In this document: positions 1 to 9,822 of the stretch, in pieces | How positions within the stretch are numbered: the first letter of the stretch is position 1 | Layout: the number at the start of each line of letters is the position of its first letter | NCBI GenBank assembly: GCA_050287845.1 | Contig: JBNKCR010000098.1 | Location: 256,001 to 320,000 of the forward strand | DNA: 64,000 nt | Reading direction: 5' to 3' | Source: Polyangia bacterium | GTDB lineage: Bacteria; Myxococcota_A; Polyangia; JAAYKL01 | Translations under genes and position numbers: made by a program | Notes under the pieces: generated by a model | The model's input: the letters and a program-made list of their open reading frames with translations, nothing else | Database searches by the model: none | What the model was told of the DNA's origin: nothing

Positions 1-2073
1 GAATCCCAATACCACAGTCAATCCAAACAGAATCAGTACCGATGGAATTGAAAGAAACAGGATTTTGTGACGCAGGAAAAAATTCAGAATGATGGAATAC
101 AGCTTTTCGAACAGCCGATAGGCGCCCAGCACCAGTGAAATCAGCGCTCCCACGAATAACCCGTTTATGATGAGACCATTATCGGGGCCGAGGGGCATCC
201 ACATCCATGTGAGCGCCACGGTCACACCAATCACCGCCAGATAGTTTTCAATCAGCGTCCAGATGCGGTTGAACCGTTCCGGTAGAAGCGGACGACAGAC
301 GCGAAATACGCCGAGCATCGCCACAAATATGGCCAACGGCACGTTGACTTTCAACATTGCTCCGCCCAGCACCATCAACAGCCAGTCCCGAATATGCGCT
401 TTTCGAAAAATGGATGCCAGAATGCGGAATACACCGTGCTTCGATGACTGGATTGCTTCCGGCTGCTTGCGAAGAACAATCTGCGCGGCACCTGGCAGGA
501 TGATGATGGCCAGAATGAGAATGCCCGTCATGGCGAATGTTTTGGTAAACGCCAGTGGCGCGAACAATCGAAGTTCTGTGGACGATAATCCGAATACTGG
601 AATAAAACTGACAACCGTTGTCATGACAGACGTCATCACTGCTGGCGCAACTTCAGCGGTGGCGCGCCTGATGGCGTCGGTGCGATTTCCATTCGGCGGC
701 AGTTCATCCAGGTGCTGATTCATGTTTTCCACAAACACAATGCCAATGTCCACCATTGTCCCGATGGCAATGGCAATGCCTCCCAGTGCCATGATGTTGG
801 CGTCCACTCCAGTGAGTTTCATCACCACGAATGCGGTGAGCACTCCCAGTGGCAGAAGTCCGGAAATGAGCAGGGAACTACGCAGATTACGCAACATGAT
901 GAGCACCACAATCACTGTGATGAGAATCTCCATATAGAGCGCTTCAGATAGTGTATCGAGGGTTTCGTGAATCAGCGTGGTGCGATCATAGAACGGTACG
1001 ATGGTGACCTGACTCACTTCGCCATTGGTCAGCGTTTTTTTGGGCAGTCCGGGTTGGATGCGTTCAATCTGTTTTTTGACAGCGCTGATAACGGCCAACG
1101 GATTTTCCATGAACCGGGCGACAACAACTCCACCCACGGCCGGTGCCCCGGCATCGTCCAGCGCGCCACGACGCAATGCCGGACCAACAGACACATTGGC
1201 CACATCCCGCACGCGGATGGGTGTGTTGCCCCGCGACACGATGACCGCTTGTTCGAGATCTGCGGTATCCTTTACAAATCCCAGACCGCGGACCACAAAT
1301 TCCACCTGATTCAGTTCAATGGTACGGGCGCCCACATCCAGATTCGACCCTTTCACCGCCTTTGCCACCTGCGCGAGTGTCACACCATTTGCGCGCATGG
1401 CGTCCGGGTCCACATCCACCTGGTACTCGCGAACAAATCCGCCAACCGACGCCACTTCGGAGACACCTTTTACCCCCTGCAGCGAGAATCGCACCATCCA
1501 GTCCTGCACCGACCGCAGTTCATCCTGATCCCATCCACCCACCAGCTCGCCTTTTTCGTTGTGCCCTTCCAGGGTGTACCAGAAAATCTGTCCCAGCGCG
1601 GTAGCGTCCGGCCCCAGGGTTGGGGTAACGCCCTCCGGAGTGGTGCCGGGCGGTAGCGACGACAGTTTTTCGAGCACCCGGGATCTTGACCAGTAGAACT
1701 CAATGTCATCCTCAAAAATAACGTAGATGGTGGAAAAACCAAATGCGGACGAACTGCGAATGGTGCGCACTCCGGGAATCCCCAGCAGTGCTGTGGTCAG
1801 AGGAAATGTAATCTGATCTTCCACGTCTCTTGGAGATCGACCGCCCCATTCCGTGAATACAATCTGCTGATTTTCACCAATGTCGGGAATGGCATCCACC
1901 GGAACGGGATCGCGGTCAATTTTTCCGGTGTTCCAATCAAAGGGAGATACGTAGATGCCCGCCAGAAACAACATGGCTATCAGAATGAATACCACCAGTC
2001 GATTGTCCAGAAACCATCCGATAAGTCGTTCCCAGCCACCGACAATCGGTTTGTCTGTTGTATTGGTTTTCAA
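1..2073 (-). CDS. cusA: CusA/CzcA-family heavy-metal RND efflux permease (truncated by the left window edge)
   Basis: Not in the ORF track. TTG at 2073 after GGAGGA overlaps the cusB stop; N-terminus reads MKTNTTDKPIVGGWERLIGWFLDNRLVVF...PVDAIPDIGENQQIVFTEWGGRSPRDVEDQITFPLT, typical of CusA. Only parts of the frame were translated by hand. Confidence 0.92.
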   Translation of the reverse strand, partial: MKTNTTDKPIVGGWERLIGWFLDNRLVVFILIAMLFLAGIYVSPFDWNTGKIDRDPVPVDAIPDIGENQQIVFTEWGGRSPRDVEDQITFPLTTALLGIPGVRTIRSSSAFGFSTIYVIFEDDIEFYWSRSRVLEKLSSLPPGTTPEGVTPTLGPDATALGQIFWYTLEGHNEKGELVGGWDQDELRSVQDWMVRFSLQGVKGVSEVASVGGFVREYQVDVDPDAMRANGVTLAQVAKAVKGSNLDVGARTIELNQVEFVVRGLGFVKDTADLEQAVIVSRGNTPIRVRDVANVSVGPALRRGALDDAGAPAVGGVVVARFMENPLAVISAVKKQIERIQPGLPKKTLTNGEVSQVTIVPFYDRTTLIHETLDTLSEALYMEILITVIVVLIMLRNLRSSLLISGLLPLGVLTAFVVMKLTGVDANIMALGGIAIAIGTMVDIGIVFVENMNQHLDELPPNGNRTDAIRRATAEVAPAVMTSVMTTVVSFIPVFGLSSTELRLFAPLAFTKTFAMTGILILAIIILPGAAQIVLRKQPEAIQSSKHGVFRILASIFRKAHIRDWLLMVLGGAMLKVNVPLAIFVAMLGVFRVCRPLLPERFNRIWTLIENYLAVIGVTVALTWMWMPLGPDNGLIINGLFVGALISLVLGAYRLFEKLYSIILNFFLRHKILFLSIPSVLILFGLTVVLGF

Positions 2074-3965
2074 TGGTGATGTCCTCCCGCCGGGGCTGTC
2101 TGTGGTGCAGTAGCCGGTGTTTCAGATTTCGTGGTTTCTGGCAGAAGATGCGTACCGGCATCAATGGACTTCTGTATTTCCCCACAGGTGCGCATGGCGT
2201 TGCCGTAGTATGGATTGTCCACAATATCGCCGGGTTGAATCCAGTGGGCGCCCTTGCTGCCAAAGGCCATGGGGCAGAATGTCAGCTTCACCGCTGTATC
2301 CATTGGATTGCCAATACGCTCCAGCAGCGCAATGATCTGATTGCTCAAGGTTTCAAATACACCTCGCGCCTCTTCAATGCTGGCAGCCTCGGTAAAAGCA
2401 TTGGCGTGCATAACGAGGTGCTTGCGATGGGTATTCCAGAATTCTGTGGTCGCTCTGGCGCCGCTGATTTTTGTCTTTTTCGCTGCTTTGGCGAGCGCTG
2501 CACCAGCGGTTCTGGCTTTGTTAAAATCATCCGCCGCCAGTTGCTTCTGCATTTCAAGATACGCTTTCAGCACCGGTGCCAGTTTCTTCTGTTCGACAGC
2601 GGTCACCGGTAAAATCCGGTCAGCGTCCTTCTGCTGGGAATCATCCGGCTCCGTCATCATGCTCTCGCCGCCGCGAATCTGCAAATCCGCATCCAGCGTG
2701 AATGCCCCTTGGGTCACCACGCGATCGCCTTCGGACAATCCAGCTATTACCGGGTATTCGTTGCCGGTCTTCAGTCCCAGTCGAACCGTTCGGGCAGTGT
2801 ATGTGGGCCGGTCCGCCTTCACGTCTTCAACAAACACAATTGCGCGATGCCCGGTAAAAAGCGGCGCTGTTTCCGGAATCACCAGGGGCGGTTTCACGCC
2901 ATCTTTTACAGACGATTTTACGTCCGCTTCCACAAACATGCCCGGGCGCAGCTTGCCATCTTTATTTTTCACTTCCACCCGAACCCGCGCCACACGTTTG
3001 GCCGAGTCCAATGTGGGATCGATAAATGTTATCTTTCCTGTAAAAGCTTCATTGGCGAGCCCCTCCACCGCGATGTCTACATCCTGTCCAATGGAAAGCG
3101 AAGGCAAATCACTTTCGTACGCATCCAGCTGTACCCAGACGATGGATAAATTGACTACTTTGTACAGCAATGCACCTGTGGCGACATAGGCCCCCTCCGT
3201 GGCCACGCGCTCGGTCACCGTACCGCCAAATGGCGTGCGGATGGCTACTCTTGTGGTGGGCTTATCCTGCTGTTCGAGCTCTGAAAGTTCATTTTCCGGC
3301 ACCCCCAGCAGCCGCAGTCGAGTTCGTGAGGCTTCCAATGCGCGCTTCACTGCACTTTGAGCGGCCTCTGTGCTGTCCTTCATTTTCTCCACCTGCTTTT
3401 TTGCCACCAGCAAATCCTGATGTGCCGAGAACACCTCCGGGCTATAGAGGGTAGCGACGATCTGTCCCCGCCGCACTTCCTGTCCGGTCACTTTTACATG
3501 AAGGCGATCGATACGGCCCCCAGTCCAGGCCGTGACATTCTTTTCTGCGGTTTCATTTGGCTCAATGCGCCCCAGCAAGCGCAGATCCGTCGCAGCCACT
3601 GTTTGTCTGTGGACCTCAGTGGTGCCAATTTTCGCCAATACTTTTGCACGTTCTGACATCACCACCGTTCGAGGGCCGGGATCGTCGCCTTTATCGGCCA
3701 GGGGAATCAGATCCATACCGCAGATGGGACATTTCCCCGGTTCCGGTTGCTTGATTTGGGGGTGCATGGAGCATGTCCAGATGGTTCCTTTCTTTGCACC
3801 ACCGTCTGCGTGCTCATGAGAGGTGGTGTGCCCGGGCAAACCGTTCTGGCCAGTTGACAGAAACATACCCGCTGCGATGCCGATTCCCAGTGTCACAACC
3901 AGCACGAGGTACGAGCCGATTCCAGCGCGGAATTTTTCAATCGACGATTTCAAAATGCTTTTCAC
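2070..3965 (-). CDS. cusB: RND periplasmic adaptor (CusB-like) with heavy-metal-binding domain and C-terminal DUF3347-like domain
   Basis: WTCSMHPQI...PGKCPICGMDL motif, membrane-fusion core (LRPGMF), C-terminal FCPMAF...NPYYGNAMRTCG. Confidence 0.92.
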   Translation of the reverse strand: MKSILKSSIEKFRAGIGSYLVLVVTLGIGIAAGMFLSTGQNGLPGHTTSHEHADGGAKKGTIWTCSMHPQIKQPEPGKCPICGMDLIPLADKGDDPGPRTVVMSERAKVLAKIGTTEVHRQTVAATDLRLLGRIEPNETAEKNVTAWTGGRIDRLHVKVTGQEVRRGQIVATLYSPEVFSAHQDLLVAKKQVEKMKDSTEAAQSAVKRALEASRTRLRLLGVPENELSELEQQDKPTTRVAIRTPFGGTVTERVATEGAYVATGALLYKVVNLSIVWVQLDAYESDLPSLSIGQDVDIAVEGLANEAFTGKITFIDPTLDSAKRVARVRVEVKNKDGKLRPGMFVEADVKSSVKDGVKPPLVIPETAPLFTGHRAIVFVEDVKADRPTYTARTVRLGLKTGNEYPVIAGLSEGDRVVTQGAFTLDADLQIRGGESMMTEPDDSQQKDADRILPVTAVEQKKLAPVLKAYLEMQKQLAADDFNKARTAGAALAKAAKKTKISGARATTEFWNTHRKHLVMHANAFTEAASIEEARGVFETLSNQIIALLERIGNPMDTAVKLTFCPMAFGSKGAHWIQPGDIVDNPYYGNAMRTCGEIQKSIDAGTHLLPETTKSETPATAPQTAPAGGHHH

Positions 3966-5500
3966 TGTATGTCTCCTTCCTGTCTGGATGGCGAACTTTC
4001 AGTTTTTCGGGCAAGCGGTAGTGTATCTGCCGCTGATAGCGCCCCGTCTGCCTGCGCCCGGTGGCGGCCGGGGACAATCGCCGTACCAACATTTTTTTTT
4101 GTTTGGAGGTCGCGTCCCACCAGATTTTTCAACGCTGCGATTTTCGTCAAATAATCGGTCTGAACCGCGATGAGCTGCAATCGAAGTTGCAGAAGGTCCT
4201 GCTGCGCCAGCAGTGTGGACGCCACGTTGCCGCGTCCACTGGCATATGCGCCGAGTACCGATTCGTAGACACTTTCCGCCTGAGGCACCAATGTTTTCTC
4301 GTAAAGTGCCATACGGCGTTCTGCGTCCCGGATTTGTGACAGGGTCTGATAGAACGCCGCCACCGCGCGGTCGGTCGCCGCTTCACCATCCGCCATATAC
4401 GCTTTTTCCTCCGCGTGATAGGCATCCACGCTTTCCTGATAACTTCGTTGCCATAGCGGGATGGAAACACCAATTCCCGCGATCAGTGCATCCTTTCCGC
4501 TGTCCGGCGTACTCGGGTTCTGTGCATCTCCGGTTTCGATCCAGTCCACGCCAACGGTAATGTTGGGATAACGGATGGCTTTTTCTTTTTTCGCATCGAG
4601 AGCACTGGATTGCGCCAGGGCGACATAGGTCCGGAGGGATGGATGATTTTTCACCGAAGACAACAGCGCCGTTTCGTCAAAGTCATTTTCTCCCAGATTC
4701 GGGGTGGAGGTCACCGGAATGTTCATCTCCGGAGGGGCACTGATCAATCCCCGCAACAATGCTTTCTGTTGAGACAGCAGCTCATCGAGCACCGAAATCG
4801 AATCGTCCACCCGCGCCCTTGCCAAATCAATCTGCTGCTGTTCCGACAGATCTATCCGCCCAGTCATCATCATTGCATTGGCGGACTCCGACAGCCCCGA
4901 CAGCACCGCTTCATGATCTTTTTGAACTTTACGGGACTCCTGAGTCTTCCATATCTGCCAATACGTCTGTTCCACGCTGGATGAAATTGAAATGGCCATG
5001 GCGTCAAACTTTTCCTGTTGAGATCTGGCGCGGGCGGCGGCGGCATCCGCACCCGCCGAAAGGCGCGTCGGCCACGGAAACGTCTGTTTCAGACTCACCC
5101 GATGTCGCTGCGGTCCCACCCGGGTTTCGACGCGGCTGATATAATAGGCATAGCTGATGACCGGATCCGGAAGACGCCTTGCATTCGAAATCCGGTACAC
5201 GCTCGCCCGCCATCTTTCAAACTGAGCCGTCAGATCCGGACTGTTTTCCATGGCGTACGCGATGTAGCCCGCCAACGACCCATTCGGTTCATCCGTATGA
5301 TTCGGGTGTTCGTTTCGGAAGGCAATCGAAAAATGGTCGGTATGGCGAGTCAGATTTTTCCGTTCAATATTTTCGGCGGTTGTTGCGCAGGCGGACAATA
5401 CAAGAACGCAAAAAGCACAAGCGACGCCCAGAGCGAATCGGAGACGATGCGGCGGTTGCTCCTTTTGTTTTGTCCACTTCTTTGAATTACGAAATGTCAT
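3962..5500 (-). CDS. TolC/CusC-family outer membrane efflux lipoprotein
   Basis: Lipobox LSAC, OEP motifs (LPDP, QTFPWP, GVSIPLW); overlaps the cusB start. Confidence 0.88.
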   Translation of the reverse strand: MTFRNSKKWTKQKEQPPHRLRFALGVACAFCVLVLSACATTAENIERKNLTRHTDHFSIAFRNEHPNHTDEPNGSLAGYIAYAMENSPDLTAQFERWRASVYRISNARRLPDPVISYAYYISRVETRVGPQRHRVSLKQTFPWPTRLSAGADAAAARARSQQEKFDAMAISISSSVEQTYWQIWKTQESRKVQKDHEAVLSGLSESANAMMMTGRIDLSEQQQIDLARARVDDSISVLDELLSQQKALLRGLISAPPEMNIPVTSTPNLGENDFDETALLSSVKNHPSLRTYVALAQSSALDAKKEKAIRYPNITVGVDWIETGDAQNPSTPDSGKDALIAGIGVSIPLWQRSYQESVDAYHAEEKAYMADGEAATDRAVAAFYQTLSQIRDAERRMALYEKTLVPQAESVYESVLGAYASGRGNVASTLLAQQDLLQLRLQLIAVQTDYLTKIAALKNLVGRDLQTKKNVGTAIVPGRHRAQADGALSAADTLPLARKTESSPSRQEGDIQ

Positions 5501-5603
5501 TCATGCTCCCTTCGTTTCGCGCGGTCTTATGTTTTCAATAGTGTATGTACCATATGGACCCCTGTCGAAACGGTGATTGGTGTTCTGTGCTGATGCGGGT
5601 ATT

Positions 5604-5619
5604 AGCAAATGAGATGCCA
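5604..5619 (-). promoter_or_regulatory. sigma54 (-24/-12) promoter for the cusCBA operon
   Basis: Minus strand TGGCATCTCATTTGCT = GG-N10-GC, about 100 nt upstream of the TolC start. Confidence 0.7.
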
Positions 5620-5768
5620 CTATCGATTTATGGCCAAACTTCACGTATTTACAGCCAAAATTCGCTGCGGGCACCCGTCTGGAACCCAGGAGCGCAAAAA
5701 CAGATTAACAATAGTGTGAAGCGATTTGAGACTATTGTTGCTTTCATTCAGCGGGGTATCTGATGTGA

Positions 5769-7079
5769 CTATAGCGTTTTCAGCCATTTCACGATTCGTT
5801 CCGATTTGATGGCAGCGGTTTCGGAGCGGATGTTCCATGTTTTGAAAAAGGAATGGGTCAATTCAGAAAATTCTGTCTGACGCCCGGGTGCGCAGTTGGT
5901 TTCAATCATGGTGAGCAAATCGGATTCATTGCGGATGTAGGAGAGCAGTCCCGCTTTTGAAACAGCGGAATCGGGAATGACGGAATCCTCCATACCGGAT
6001 GTCCACAGACTGGGCAGTGCAATTGCTGTGGGCGTTTTCTGGAGAATGCTGTCCCAGAGCACCGAACTGTACGACTGGGCCATCACAACATCAGCAGCGG
6101 CGATGGTTTCAGGAAGATTCTCCGCTGTAATCTGTGTTTGAGAATACACACCGCAGTCCATTGCAAGCTGACTGTACCAGTTTCGAACATACGCGTACTG
6201 GCCGAAGTCCTTCATTGCGGGATGCAACTTGATCAGGATTCGGATGCGGTTTTTCCATCGGGATTTCTGAATGGTATCAAACACGGTTCGCACCCATTCA
6301 ACTTCATTGGTCTGACGGCGGAACAGGGCATCCGGCACATGGGGTTCGCTCCAGCTGAGGGCGAGGGCGATACAGGCTTCATCAGGGGAAATATTCAGCA
6401 GGGTGCGGGCCTGCTGCCGATTCGGGGAAGTGCCTGCGGTTGAATTGTCGAGTGGTGTTCCCAGAGGCAACAACTGTTTCACCGAGGGTTGCAGATCCCG
6501 TTTTTGGTAGATGTCCACTTCCAGGGAATTGTCCAGTATCACATAGTTGCTGGCGAATGGTGCCATGGTTTGTTGTTTCATTCCCGGTGGGGGATAGGGC
6601 TCTATGGCAAACAGACCGTGTTCCACATGTATCGTTGGAATCCCCAGTTGCGCTGCCATATACAGAATGGGACGGGCGTGGCGAGTATAGTCGGTGCTGG
6701 TGACCACCGCATCAATTCTGGTTTCTCGGGCCATTTCAGAGAGTATCAACGCCAATTGCAACGTATCCGCCATTATTTTTCTGGTATTTTCCATTCCCGC
6801 CAAATCGTTTTCAGACGAAATTGATATACCGGGCAGACTGTTGGCGGTTTCCATGATGAAGTGCCGATACCGATTCCACTCATTTTTGAATTCCTGGAGT
6901 GCAGTAATGTCTCCCAGTCTGTTTTGAATCTTATCCGTATAAATGACATTTTCCGAAGCAAATTTCCATCTGCCACCGTCGTGAACGACTAAACCGAAAT
7001 GCTGATGGAGATGCCGGATAAACGTCTGGTGTCGGTTCGGGAAAAAAGTGTTCATCGGAAGAAACAGCCGGGATATCAT
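5769..7079 (-). CDS. Putative GT-B fold glycosyltransferase-like protein (capsule/surface glycan biosynthesis)
   Basis: GIPTIHVEHG, LIKLHP, AADVV...SSVLWDS...KTPT resemble GT-B capsule-synthesis proteins. Confidence 0.55.
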   Translation of the reverse strand: MISRLFLPMNTFFPNRHQTFIRHLHQHFGLVVHDGGRWKFASENVIYTDKIQNRLGDITALQEFKNEWNRYRHFIMETANSLPGISISSENDLAGMENTRKIMADTLQLALILSEMARETRIDAVVTSTDYTRHARPILYMAAQLGIPTIHVEHGLFAIEPYPPPGMKQQTMAPFASNYVILDNSLEVDIYQKRDLQPSVKQLLPLGTPLDNSTAGTSPNRQQARTLLNISPDEACIALALSWSEPHVPDALFRRQTNEVEWVRTVFDTIQKSRWKNRIRILIKLHPAMKDFGQYAYVRNWYSQLAMDCGVYSQTQITAENLPETIAAADVVMAQSYSSVLWDSILQKTPTAIALPSLWTSGMEDSVIPDSAVSKAGLLSYIRNESDLLTMIETNCAPGRQTEFSELTHSFFKTWNIRSETAAIKSERIVKWLKTL

Positions 7080-9667
7080 TTGCCGATGCCCTTCTTATTT
7101 ATTGCCGCGCACACGATTTGATTGAGGTGATACACAGTGGAGCGGTTTGCAAGTGTGGCGAGGAGCGGAACGCTATCCGGCGTGCTGAACGAATCTGAGA
7201 CCTGCTTTCGAATCCTGGAAACAGCCCAATTCAATTGGGCGGAATTGGCTCCTGAAATTTCCGGGCGATACCGGGTCAGCCACTGATGCATCACATCGAA
7301 ATTCAATGTCCAGAGGGAACGGCAGTGGGAGCAGCAGATGGTCTTCTGAACGGTATAGCTGCCCGGAAGTTGTTCCTCGAATATTTCCTGACATTTGGGA
7401 CAACGGATTTGGATGGTGTATACCACACAGACACCCGCTTCAAACAGTATGTCGTCGATGTTGTCGAACGGCAAAAGCGGATGTTTCATGAAATGAGGTT
7501 TTCCAGGAATTTGCTTTTCGTGTCCACTTGAATCAACGTCCATTGCCAACTGGGGTACCAACTGCTGGAACGTACTGTCGTCAGATAATGCCAATACGCC
7601 CTGCGGCCAGTGGTTTCGCGGCACCTGTGACATTGCGCTGTATCCATCGTTTTCGAGGACCGCTACATTCATCGGGTCTGCAATAATGGTTGAACGTTGG
7701 CTGTACGCGCCCTCGTCGTGATGTAAACGGCCCAGCGATGCAGCTTCAGCCTGCGTGGGAAAGGAAATGAGGCGTTCCAGGATGAATCGACTCTGAGTCA
7801 TCAGGGAATCTGCGCCCTGGTCATACAAAGACTCTGAATGATTGGGGGAGGAATGAAAAATTCCTTTCTGAGTCGCAATCTCAAGCCAACGTTGCTGATA
7901 CGCCAGGATTGCCTGCTGCACTTCGTTTTTGTGCTGTATTTCTTCACGGCAAATTCTGACCTCGTCCAATATCGGTTCAACGTTCTGGGCGGTATTCTCT
8001 GCGTATCCGATTGTCGTGCCTATTGGTGCACATACCGCCTGCTCAATCATTTCTGGAGATCGAATCAATGTTCTGGCAAATCGCTGATAGTTGTGTTGTT
8101 GACACACGTAGCTTGAAAATCGGATTCCTTTGAGGGCATGGGCTGCAGCGACCCCCGATGTGGCCAGATACAACCCATGACAGTCAAGTGGAATTTTTTC
8201 AATTTCGAATATCCGTTCAATATTGCGCTGAATCGTACAACCCCAACCGATATCTACGAAGGCTACCTTTTCGGTATTCAGCATGGGCAACATGTATCCG
8301 AGGAATTGCCTGCGGGCGATTTCACTCTTTTTCTGAACAGCATCACGGAGCTTTCCGCTTGTCAGAAAACGAATGATTGTGTGCAGAAGTTCCGGATTAT
8401 CAATGGACTTTTCAGTGAGATGCGTCGGAAAGCCGATTGTGGTGGCGCTCAGCCCAAAACTGTCGAGCACCTCGCCTACCGTCCTCGAGTAAATGCGTTC
8501 CGAGATAACGCGTCTGGTTGGCTCTCCGACAGATGCGAGATGCGTGGATTGCCTGGAAACGAAAAGTTCTGATATCTGCACGCCCACGTCCTGTGCCTGT
8601 GCGCTGCTTTTCAACATTTTTGCCAGCAGCCGTCCTTCCCGCATAAACGTGAATATCTTTCGAATGCCCATCCGCTGCGCCTGGCGGATGCACCAGTCTG
8701 CGTAGTTCGCGAGTACCGGCCCAAGTACCATATGCCCGGCGGCGGAATACTCATTTTCTTTATTGGTATGAACGCTTCTTACCAGCGAACGAATGGCGTT
8801 GGTTGCCAATGGCACATTCGACGATAGCCCCGAATTCAGATGGGCTTCGGCTGAAAAGATAACCCTCGCTGTGTCGTCTCCATACGCATAATGAAAAGCG
8901 TTGACGCCCGCTATGGTGGCGCCGGCAACATCGGAGGCGGCATTGTCACCAACGTGCAGATGGTGGTAGGGTTCAACCCCTGTCTGTTTCAACAGTTGCC
9001 TGAACAGTTCTCCCGAACTTTTGGTTTCTCTTCGCTCCGACGAAACGAGAACATCCGCAAACATTGCGTCATCCAGGCCATTGTGACGCGCAATCGAACG
9101 CAATTGCGAATTTCCCAGATACATGTCCGACAGAATATAAACGGCGTGTCCCTGGGCGTTCGCATAATGGACGAGGCTTTCTACAAAAGGATTGCGCACA
9201 CAGAATTCAATTTCTGTACTCAATTCCATTTCCATGGCTGCATCCACGGTCGTGACAATGTGATCGCTCATCTCCTGATAGATTTGAGCAAGGCAGACCT
9301 CTGTGGTTCCGTTTTCCCAGAACGAAACCTGTCTGGCTTTTTGTTCTGCTGCAATGCGGATTTCCCGAAACTCCTGAGGCGAAATTCCATATCGGAGTAA
9401 ACCGTTGTCTCGCAGCTTTTTCCCGAGCGCGGTGAAAACGTCCGTGGGGTGGTTGCATAGTCGAAACACCAGGGTATCGAAGAAATCGACTGAAAGGACG
9501 TTATCTTTATGCGTGTGAAGTGCATACCCCGGGGCCGCGAGCATCGGGTCCTGTTCCCATAACATCAGACTGTTCTTCGCATCTGGCGACCACTCCGGTA
9601 CGGATGTGCCGGATGCAGAAGCGTTTGAAGTCACGAGTTTCTTTCTCGATGTCTTTTTTCTGCTCAA
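7076..9667 (-). CDS. HAD-family hydrolase of polysaccharide loci with C-terminal CxxC/CxxC zinc-ribbon-like region
   Basis: SVDFFDTLV, LSDMYL, HVGDN..SDV, FMREG, VDIGWGCTIQ; C-terminal CPKC and CSHC. Confidence 0.75.
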   Translation of the reverse strand: MSRKKTSRKKLVTSNASASGTSVPEWSPDAKNSLMLWEQDPMLAAPGYALHTHKDNVLSVDFFDTLVFRLCNHPTDVFTALGKKLRDNGLLRYGISPQEFREIRIAAEQKARQVSFWENGTTEVCLAQIYQEMSDHIVTTVDAAMEMELSTEIEFCVRNPFVESLVHYANAQGHAVYILSDMYLGNSQLRSIARHNGLDDAMFADVLVSSERRETKSSGELFRQLLKQTGVEPYHHLHVGDNAASDVAGATIAGVNAFHYAYGDDTARVIFSAEAHLNSGLSSNVPLATNAIRSLVRSVHTNKENEYSAAGHMVLGPVLANYADWCIRQAQRMGIRKIFTFMREGRLLAKMLKSSAQAQDVGVQISELFVSRQSTHLASVGEPTRRVISERIYSRTVGEVLDSFGLSATTIGFPTHLTEKSIDNPELLHTIIRFLTSGKLRDAVQKKSEIARRQFLGYMLPMLNTEKVAFVDIGWGCTIQRNIERIFEIEKIPLDCHGLYLATSGVAAAHALKGIRFSSYVCQQHNYQRFARTLIRSPEMIEQAVCAPIGTTIGYAENTAQNVEPILDEVRICREEIQHKNEVQQAILAYQQRWLEIATQKGIFHSSPNHSESLYDQGADSLMTQSRFILERLISFPTQAEAASLGRLHHDEGAYSQRSTIIADPMNVAVLENDGYSAMSQVPRNHWPQGVLALSDDSTFQQLVPQLAMDVDSSGHEKQIPGKPHFMKHPLLPFDNIDDILFEAGVCVVYTIQIRCPKCQEIFEEQLPGSYTVQKTICCSHCRSLWTLNFDVMHQWLTRYRPEISGANSAQLNWAVSRIRKQVSDSFSTPDSVPLLATLANRSTVYHLNQIVCAAINKKGIGK

Positions 9668-9822
9668 TTGGGTTCCACCTGATTTCTATATTGCCACGTA
9701 ATTCATTTATACGGTAACCGCCTGAAAAGGTTAAGGGGGACGGCAACTTGTCGGATGTGCAAATCGAGGTAAAGTTACCTGATGATTCGCGAGACGGACC
9801 TGTAAGGGAGCAGGGATGCACC

